A stretch of 21,288 bases of DNA from contig JAWBRA010000027.1 of assembly GCA_038844785.1 (NCBI GenBank), positions 1 to 21,288 of the forward strand, given 5' to 3'. The notes under the pieces were generated by a model. That model saw only the letters and a list, made by a program, of their open reading frames with translations. It had not been told where the DNA came from and searched no databases. The stretch is from Candidatus Caldarchaeum sp. (lineage in GTDB: Archaea > Thermoproteota > Nitrososphaeria_A > Caldarchaeales > Caldarchaeaceae). Of this stretch, positions 15,505 to 21,288 are shown one piece after another. The translations under genes were made by a program, and so were the position numbers. Within the stretch, counting starts at the first letter, position 1, and each line of letters starts with the position of its first letter.

Positions 15505-16490
15505 CGATACCCGTGGTATACGGGGTTGGAAGCGGCGGAAGCCGTCTCGCCGCAACACTGGTTCACGGGAAAGGGCCGGGAGGAAGGTGGATTGCTCAGA
15601 GGCTTTCAGGCGTCGAAGCAGTATGCATAAGCAGCAGCAGGATGGACATCGAACAGCTCAAAGCCTACCAGCAGAGAGGCCTGTATGTAATAGGGGATGG
15701 GACGGGAAGCGGCATGAACCCTGAGAAAGGCAGGAGAGACTATCTGGACAGCCCCTCCAGACAGGAGATATTGGAGCTTCCTAAAAAAATAGCTCAGGAG
15801 AAAGGCTACGACAGGATAGACCTCATACCGGTCATAGCTACTCTAGGTTTTGGATGCGGTTCCGGAGCAGGGCCAGCCCTCCTAGAAGACCTCGTGAGAA
15901 AATATCCAAACTCATGTGTTCTGGGAATCTTCACACTTCCATTCACTTGGGAGGGTGAAGAGACACGTAAGAGGGCTGTCAAAGCTCTTCACCAAGCGTG
16001 TAAACACGCACCCGTCATACCTGCCAGCAACTCGTACCTCATAAAAGACTACGCGGAAACTGACTTCACCAGAGCCATCAACGCCGCTAACGAAAGAATC
16101 GTCAAACCGCTCACCACAATCCTCAGAGCCATGTCGAACACCAGAGCCATAACTGTCATAGACAGCAGCGACCTGAAAAGAATCCTTAAGCCAGCCGTAC
16201 TAGTCATGACCTACACTCTCCCAACACCGGCCGAAATACAAAACCTCTCCCAGCACAACTCCAGCACCCTATCACCCATAGCCAAAGGCTTAAACAAAAT
16301 ATCGTGCTTAGCTCTGGTGGAGGCTGGCAAAGGTCAGCTCACGCCACAGCACGTGGAGGCCCTACCGGAACAGCTTAGAGAGGTGCTGGGCTCACAGCCC
16401 ATAGAGGTGAAAACACTCCTAGCCCGAAGACCTGAGTCGGAGAAAACATACGTAAGCATACTGGTAGGAGGTGTGGAGCTACATGGCTGA
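15483..16490 (+). CDS. Divergent FtsZ/tubulin-superfamily GTPase
   Basis: VYGVGSGGSR, GTGSGMNPEKG, TLGFGCGSGAGP (variant of GGGTGSG), TLPFTWEG, SNSYL, ANERI and VIDSSDL (T7-loop position). Confidence 0.9.
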   Translation: MSGQPTITIPVVYGVGSGGSRLAATLVHGKGPGGRWIAQRLSGVEAVCISSSRMDIEQLKAYQQRGLYVIGDGTGSGMNPEKGRRDYLDSPSRQEILELPKKIAQEKGYDRIDLIPVIATLGFGCGSGAGPALLEDLVRKYPNSCVLGIFTLPFTWEGEETRKRAVKALHQACKHAPVIPASNSYLIKDYAETDFTRAINAANERIVKPLTTILRAMSNTRAITVIDSSDLKRILKPAVLVMTYTLPTPAEIQNLSQHNSSTLSPIAKGLNKISCLALVEAGKGQLTPQHVEALPEQLREVLGSQPIEVKTLLARRPESEKTYVSILVGGVELHG

Positions 16491-19400
16491 CAAACGTTTG
16501 ACAGCCCTGCTGACGGCCATAACGCTAGCATCCCTGCTAATCCCCACTATGCCTGTATTATCCCAAGAGGCCGGGACAAAGCTCATCGTGGAGGTTTCCA
16601 CGCTAGACTGCGTGGCTGATGTTTCGGCACAGCCAGCCGAGCTAAAGCAGGCCAGCCCGATGTCGTGGGTTGCTAACGTCACTGGAGGCGTAATAGGCCT
16701 AGTAATCACGTTAAAAGACCTGAGGAGCTGTAGCGTCTCCGACGTTGTCCTGACAACAGCCACCGGCCAGAAACGGCCTGTATGGACTGTTTACGCGGGA
16801 AAACTCTACGCAAACATTCAAACAGAGCCCGGCGAGAACCACGTGACTATAGTGTTCAGCTACAGACAGCTCAAGAAGGTCTACGCCGTCATAAAACCCA
16901 CCAACAGAGAATGCGTTATGAACATTACTGCAAACGCACCGGTATCGTACACAGGTAATGAGTGGGTTGCAGGGCCTTGGCAGGAGGGTTCGCAGTCAGA
17001 GGTTTCAGCAACAGCTAGAGAAGGATGCTACATAGCAGGATGGATGATTGGTGAGAACCGTCTCACAACGAATAGTTTCTACAGCTTCACCGCTAAAGAG
17101 AACGTAACCCTGACGCTTTCAGCAGAGAAAAGAGGCGAACAGCCACCGCCGCCGCTCATAGACTTCTCCTCTGTCGAGATACGGGCAGTCGGGCCGGGGA
17201 AAGTAGCAGCTTCCACCAAGCCTATAGAAAAACCGTCCGGAACGCCTACTTGGCTGTCAGTCCTCAACCCGGGAACCACACTATACATAGAGGCTGTTCC
17301 GGAGGGCTGTGGAGAGTTCATCGGCTGGCGTGGCCCTTCAAAGCTGGAGAAAGTCGCTACACCCAGCCTCGTTCTCATTACCGAGCCCGGATTCACGGTT
17401 ATCGAGGCGGTTTTCAAGGAGATGAGCCCATGCCCATACATTTCAATAGGACCATACAGGCTAATCCACATCAACGACCTGCCTCTGGTCGCCGGCATTA
17501 TTGCGGCAGGCGGCTCAGGCATAGCCGTATACAGCATGACCCGGTCTTCTAGAAGGCGGAAAGAAACCGCCAAAGCTATAATGTCCAGATGGACTGATGA
17601 GATGCTCGCCACAACATCGAGCTGGGGCAAGGGAGTCTACCAGCTGATTCCACAACTCGTCAGGGAAAACCAACCCCCGGAAAACCCGCTGGACCACCTA
17701 CTACCTTTGAAGATGGTAAAGTTCGGACAGATGCAGGACATAATGGCCGAGCTCGAGTCCTGCGAGAACCTGTACGACGTACTGTTCACCATAAGAAGCT
17801 ACAGAACCTTCAGGCTGGAGGCCGCCGCAAGACAGGGCTACTGGGCTGGACAGCTGCTGGTGTCATACCTCGGCTTCAGAGGCGTCGCACCTCTTACGCA
17901 AAATATTCTCAACGAATGGGTGTCGAGAATGAAGCCTGTCAGCTCTGAGGAAGACGCAAAAGCCAACGTAGAGCTTCTCTGGACAGACGGCACGCTCCTC
18001 AAGATGCAGGAACAAACGCTGAAACAGATAGAGGACGCCGTGAAAGCCGAGGGGCTGACCGACGTATACGAAAACGCTCCAAAACCCTTCGCCAAAACCG
18101 TTAAAGCAATAATGGCGGAGCTTAGGAAAGGCCTATGCCCCATGTGCGGGCAGCCGGTAAAGCCTGACGCTAGATACTGCAATTCATGCGGGTCAAGACT
18201 CCAACGCGTTGACAAAGATAATCACCAAGCAATCAAAGTGCAAAACACCACAACAAAACACGAGCCAGCTGAACCTCCAGAGAACACTGTCGAGAAACCT
18301 ATACAGAAACCTCAGACAACTGCGCTACTCACATGTCCTGCCTGCGGTAACGAAATACCTCTGGGACAGTACTGTATCAAATGTGGAGCACTTATACCGT
18401 CATCAGCCCAGCCAGCCCAGCAGAAAACGCCGGACAACGAGACTGCCGAGATAAAAGAGGTGTTTAAGACCAAGTTCCAGCCTCAGCCCAGAGCCAGAGC
18501 AGAGGTCGTTCAGAAACCTGCCGAATCCCAGAAACACTTACAACCCGTCGCTAAACAAGACGTAAAAACTGTTGAAAAAACGGAGAAGCCTGAACCCATC
18601 CAGAGGCCTGAGCCCAGACAGCAGGCTCAAGAAAACATTCCACCGCAAGAACCTCAGCCGCGGCATGTCTGGAAGCCCAGCGACTGGCTGAAATCCAGGG
18701 TTGCCGACATGGGTGTAGACATCAAAGACCTGATAGAGGCGATATCGGCCGTTGTTGGAATCGAGGACATACGCAAAGCCGCCTACAAAGCCGCATCCCT
18801 GCTCGCCGATAAGATGGACATAGACGACGCAGAGAAGGGAGCTTTCATAGTGAACATGTCGAACGTGCTGGAGTATGCGGTAGCAGAGGCTAGGGCAGCT
18901 CAAGCGGAGGAGGAGACAAAGCCCGCCGGGACAGCGACCATGGTGAAGGCGGAGGCGAGGGAGGCGGGCTCTGAACAGATGGCACAGCCCCCGGCCACGT
19001 CCTCCACCACGACGCCCTCCACGGTGCCAGCAGGTAAGATATCGTTGACCAAGCTGGTCAGGGAGGGGCCTGAGCCGGGAAACATTTACCTTCTGCCGGA
19101 GAAGCATGTGAAAGCGGCTGCAGTGCCGTCGGACGTAATTGCAGCCCTGCTTCCAGACAGTGTGGTAAAGTATTCGTTGGAGACGGAGAGGGTCGACGCC
19201 GTTACCGTGGCGAGACTTTCTGCCGGCAGTGGACCGATATGCCTGATTCTCACGATGGGTTTTTCCCGCAGCGGGATATCCCACAGGCTTCTCAAACCAA
19301 GCGCAAGCCACGCCCCCCTTAAGACGCTGGTCAGCTTGATTACCGAGATGGATGAAGGGCTTATAAGCAAAACATCGGTCATCACGCACCCCGACATCTA

Positions 19401-19704
19401 CCGGCTGATACCAGCCAAAGCCGCCGGAAAGTTCAAGCTAGTGGAGATAACGATGGATGACGATGTTGCGGAGACTGGTCGAAGGCTCGCGCTATTAAAC
19501 GACGTCCTCACACCTTTCGCCGTAGCCGAAACCCTGATGCCGGGAGTATGCGAGGCAATGACGACTGGAAAGCTGTCGCAGTTCCTCAAAACACGCATCC
19601 GCGACGCCTGGCTTGCAGAATGTTTCGCAAGAGCCCTCAACCCGTGGAGCGGGGGCAGCGACGCCCCCAAGGCGATTCTGCTGGCGTTGGGGCTGGGTGA
19701 ATGA
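16483..19704 (+). CDS. Very large single-pass protein: signal peptide, InlB-B-repeat-like domains, TM, two cytoplasmic zinc ribbons, Pro/Gln linker, C-terminal alpha/beta domain
   Basis: Signal ending VLS|Q. Repeats AREGCYIAGW and VPEGCGEFIGW. TM LPLVAGIIAAGGSGIAVYSM followed by RRRK. Ribbons CPMC..YCNSC and CPAC..YCIKC. SD at 16467-16473. Confidence 0.8.
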   Translation: MADKRLTALLTAITLASLLIPTMPVLSQEAGTKLIVEVSTLDCVADVSAQPAELKQASPMSWVANVTGGVIGLVITLKDLRSCSVSDVVLTTATGQKRPVWTVYAGKLYANIQTEPGENHVTIVFSYRQLKKVYAVIKPTNRECVMNITANAPVSYTGNEWVAGPWQEGSQSEVSATAREGCYIAGWMIGENRLTTNSFYSFTAKENVTLTLSAEKRGEQPPPPLIDFSSVEIRAVGPGKVAASTKPIEKPSGTPTWLSVLNPGTTLYIEAVPEGCGEFIGWRGPSKLEKVATPSLVLITEPGFTVIEAVFKEMSPCPYISIGPYRLIHINDLPLVAGIIAAGGSGIAVYSMTRSSRRRKETAKAIMSRWTDEMLATTSSWGKGVYQLIPQLVRENQPPENPLDHLLPLKMVKFGQMQDIMAELESCENLYDVLFTIRSYRTFRLEAAARQGYWAGQLLVSYLGFRGVAPLTQNILNEWVSRMKPVSSEEDAKANVELLWTDGTLLKMQEQTLKQIEDAVKAEGLTDVYENAPKPFAKTVKAIMAELRKGLCPMCGQPVKPDARYCNSCGSRLQRVDKDNHQAIKVQNTTTKHEPAEPPENTVEKPIQKPQTTALLTCPACGNEIPLGQYCIKCGALIPSSAQPAQQKTPDNETAEIKEVFKTKFQPQPRARAEVVQKPAESQKHLQPVAKQDVKTVEKTEKPEPIQRPEPRQQAQENIPPQEPQPRHVWKPSDWLKSRVADMGVDIKDLIEAISAVVGIEDIRKAAYKAASLLADKMDIDDAEKGAFIVNMSNVLEYAVAEARAAQAEEETKPAGTATMVKAEAREAGSEQMAQPPATSSTTTPSTVPAGKISLTKLVREGPEPGNIYLLPEKHVKAAAVPSDVIAALLPDSVVKYSLETERVDAVTVARLSAGSGPICLILTMGFSRSGISHRLLKPSASHAPLKTLVSLITEMDEGLISKTSVITHPDIYRLIPAKAAGKFKLVEITMDDDVAETGRRLALLNDVLTPFAVAETLMPGVCEAMTTGKLSQFLKTRIRDAWLAECFARALNPWSGGSDAPKAILLALGLGE

Positions 19705-20219
19705 GGATGGCCAGGCCCACTAATAAACAGGAACGTGGTCTGCTGATGGGGTTGACGCAGAAAAGCCTGACCTTCTGGCGGCTAAGCCCCGCGCAGAGGA
19801 TGACCCTTGTCTGGAGTCCCGTAGCAGACGCCCTTAACTCAACCATGGTGAAAGCAAACGATAAAGCAACGAACGTTACTATGCGGGCGCCGCCATCAGT
19901 AACATACCACTACAGCGTGAGGATAGCTGGCTCAAGCGTCTACAAACTCTTCAAGATAAAGCCTGAGGTATGGTTGAGAGTACGACGCATCCCCGGCCGC
20001 TTCGACACAGACAGCTACACCGTAGTTGACCTCAGTGTGACACCCCCCATAACGTCCGAAAGCTTCATCCTGCAAAACTATCCGATGAGAGTGGTTACTA
20101 TGGACGGCTGCACGTGTATATCCGTGGTCGCAATAGACAGCACAGTGGAGAACGTGAGGCAGGCATGCTTCAGCATATTCAGGCTACAGCAGCTCCAGAA
20201 GGAACTGTCAATCATTTGA
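19701..20219 (+). CDS. Hypothetical protein, last gene of the operon
   Basis: ATGA overlap with the upstream stop; 172 aa; no family recognised. Confidence 0.7.
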   Translation: MRMARPTNKQERGLLMGLTQKSLTFWRLSPAQRMTLVWSPVADALNSTMVKANDKATNVTMRAPPSVTYHYSVRIAGSSVYKLFKIKPEVWLRVRRIPGRFDTDSYTVVDLSVTPPITSESFILQNYPMRVVTMDGCTCISVVAIDSTVENVRQACFSIFRLQQLQKELSII

Positions 20220-20297
20220 CATTTATATAGTTTTAGATGATTAACGTATTTTCACGCCATTAATTAGACAATTGTCGAGTCAAAAATTTGACAATTG
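20206..20297. promoter_or_regulatory. Repeated palindrome GTCAA-N4-TTGAC (20207-20220, 20279-20292) plus GACAATTGTC (20267-20276)
   Basis: TGTCAATCATTTGACA and AGTCAAAAATTTGACA in AT-rich DNA, with TATA-like TTTATATA (20222-20229) between them. Confidence 0.5.
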
Positions 20298-20472
20298 GCT
20301 ATCAGAACAGCCAGCGAAAATCAACCGAAGAAGGAGGTTTCATGAAAACGTGTCGTCCACATCCTCAAGCTTAACCCCTAACTTTTTATCTGGAAATGCT
20401 AGCCCGCGCCAGTCATTTTGATTTAGGTGATGGCCTCATCGGCTAATATACTTGAAGATTCTATAATGGTTT

Positions 20473-20931
20473 ATGATGGATGTGGAGCGTGGACAGCTTC
20501 TGTTCAGCGGTAGGGGTTTCAGGACGCTGGGACAGCTGATACTGGAGTGGATTGTAGGGCTTATAGCCGTCTTCTCGCTTTTTATGGCCGTTTTCAACCC
20601 GTTAATGCTGCTTGTGGCCCTAGCCTTCGGATACCTTCTATACCGGCTTCTGACGGGGTGGCATAGAAAGAGGGTTGAGGTGTGGAGTGGTGGAATCGTG
20701 GTGGGAAGAGAGTTCATTCCATGGAGCTCTGTGGAAGGTTTGGACGTTGGGGGAGATAGGGTTGAGGCAGGCCTCATTCTCGGACAGACCATACTAACCT
20801 ACGAGCATGTTGTGGAAGCTGTCATACGGCTTGCAGACCGTCATCTGAAAATCAGGCTTAAGAGCTCTGACTCCGAGAGGTTCGCCAGAGCCGTCGAACA
20901 GGCAAGGCAGGGAAGACAGCCAGAGCCATGA
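20473..20931 (+). CDS. Small membrane protein (2 TM plus PH-like beta domain)
   Basis: Two TM helices followed by GIVVGREFIPWSSVEGL, an IPW..I/V pattern typical of prokaryotic PH-like domains. TATA-like TAATATA lies about 25 nt upstream, consistent with a leaderless start. Confidence 0.7.
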   Translation: MMDVERGQLLFSGRGFRTLGQLILEWIVGLIAVFSLFMAVFNPLMLLVALAFGYLLYRLLTGWHRKRVEVWSGGIVVGREFIPWSSVEGLDVGGDRVEAGLILGQTILTYEHVVEAVIRLADRHLKIRLKSSDSERFARAVEQARQGRQPEP

Positions 20932-21288
20932 AGGCCACAGTATGGGTGGCGGTAGCTACTGCGGGTTTGGCGCTGCTGTCCATAGCTTTTCTCACCATCC
21001 AAAGTCCGCTGACAACTACTGTGACGGTTACGGTCCAGACCGTTACGGGAGTTCAGGGTATTGGAAACGTCGAGGATGTATGCTTCAGCAGGGTTTCCCA
21101 ATGCGACGCCGTCATAGCAGGCTTGATAAAGACCGCTAAGACAAGGATTCTGGTGGCTGTTTATTCTTTCACGAGCGATGTCCTAGCAGATGCTTTGGTT
21201 GAAGCTGCGGGAAGAGGTGTTGAGGTTAAGGTGGTTGTGGAGGCTGAGCAAGCTGGAGTTAGAGGGTCTGAGTATGAGAGGCTGAGGA
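20928..21288 (+). CDS. Phospholipase D/Nuc-family protein with N-terminal membrane anchor (partial, runs off the window)
   Basis: Manual translation: MKATVWVAVATAGLALL..VCFS..LIKTAKTRILVAVYSFTSDVLADALVEAAGRGVEVKVVVE. ATGA overlap with the upstream stop. The HKD motif is not within the window. Confidence 0.85.
   Translation, partial: MKATVWVAVATAGLALLSIAFLTIQSPLTTTVTVTVQTVTGVQGIGNVEDVCFSRVSQCDAVIAGLIKTAKTRILVAVYSFTSDVLADALVEAAGRGVEVKVVVEAEQAGVRGSEYERLR

Noticed and set aside
18920-18970. AGCCCGCC/GGCGGGCT inverted repeat as a second, in-frame intron
   Set aside because: The flanks do not form a 4-bp helix with 3-nt bulges, and the frame is open and encodes a plausible linker.

Overview
Archaeal DNA, inferred from GGAGGTG Shine-Dalgarno sites, heavy ATA/AGA/AGG codon use, a class III signal peptide and a FlaI/FlaJ-type pilus machine; a TACK lineage such as Caldarchaeales is my guess only. 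Most of the window is a translationally coupled + strand operon of about 18 kb (2275-20219). It encodes a Thr/Pro-rich type IV pilin-like protein, a membrane metzincin, two GT-C glycosyltransferases, a GtrA flippase, two SpoIIM-like proteins, a VirB11/FlaI-type ATPase, a TadC/FlaJ-type platform protein, a divergent FtsZ/tubulin-like GTPase and two large single-pass surface proteins. A small 2-TM zinc-ribbon protein and a membrane-anchored HerA/VirB4-like ATPase are transcribed divergently. The main discovery is that this ATPase gene is split by a 117-nt structured insertion (790-906) containing an in-frame stop. Its ends form a bulge-helix-bulge/loop (BHB/BHL) splice motif, and canonical cleavage restores the conserved LDWK-GEY motif exactly, so it is a candidate archaeal pre-mRNA intron. 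The ~700-nt intergenic region (1575-2260) is packed with hairpins whose G-U pairs mostly favour the minus strand, suggesting a large structured RNA or leader. The window ends with an AT-rich intergenic region carrying a repeated palindrome, a small membrane protein and a partial PLD/Nuc-family gene. All family assignments come from motif recognition by eye; no searches were run.
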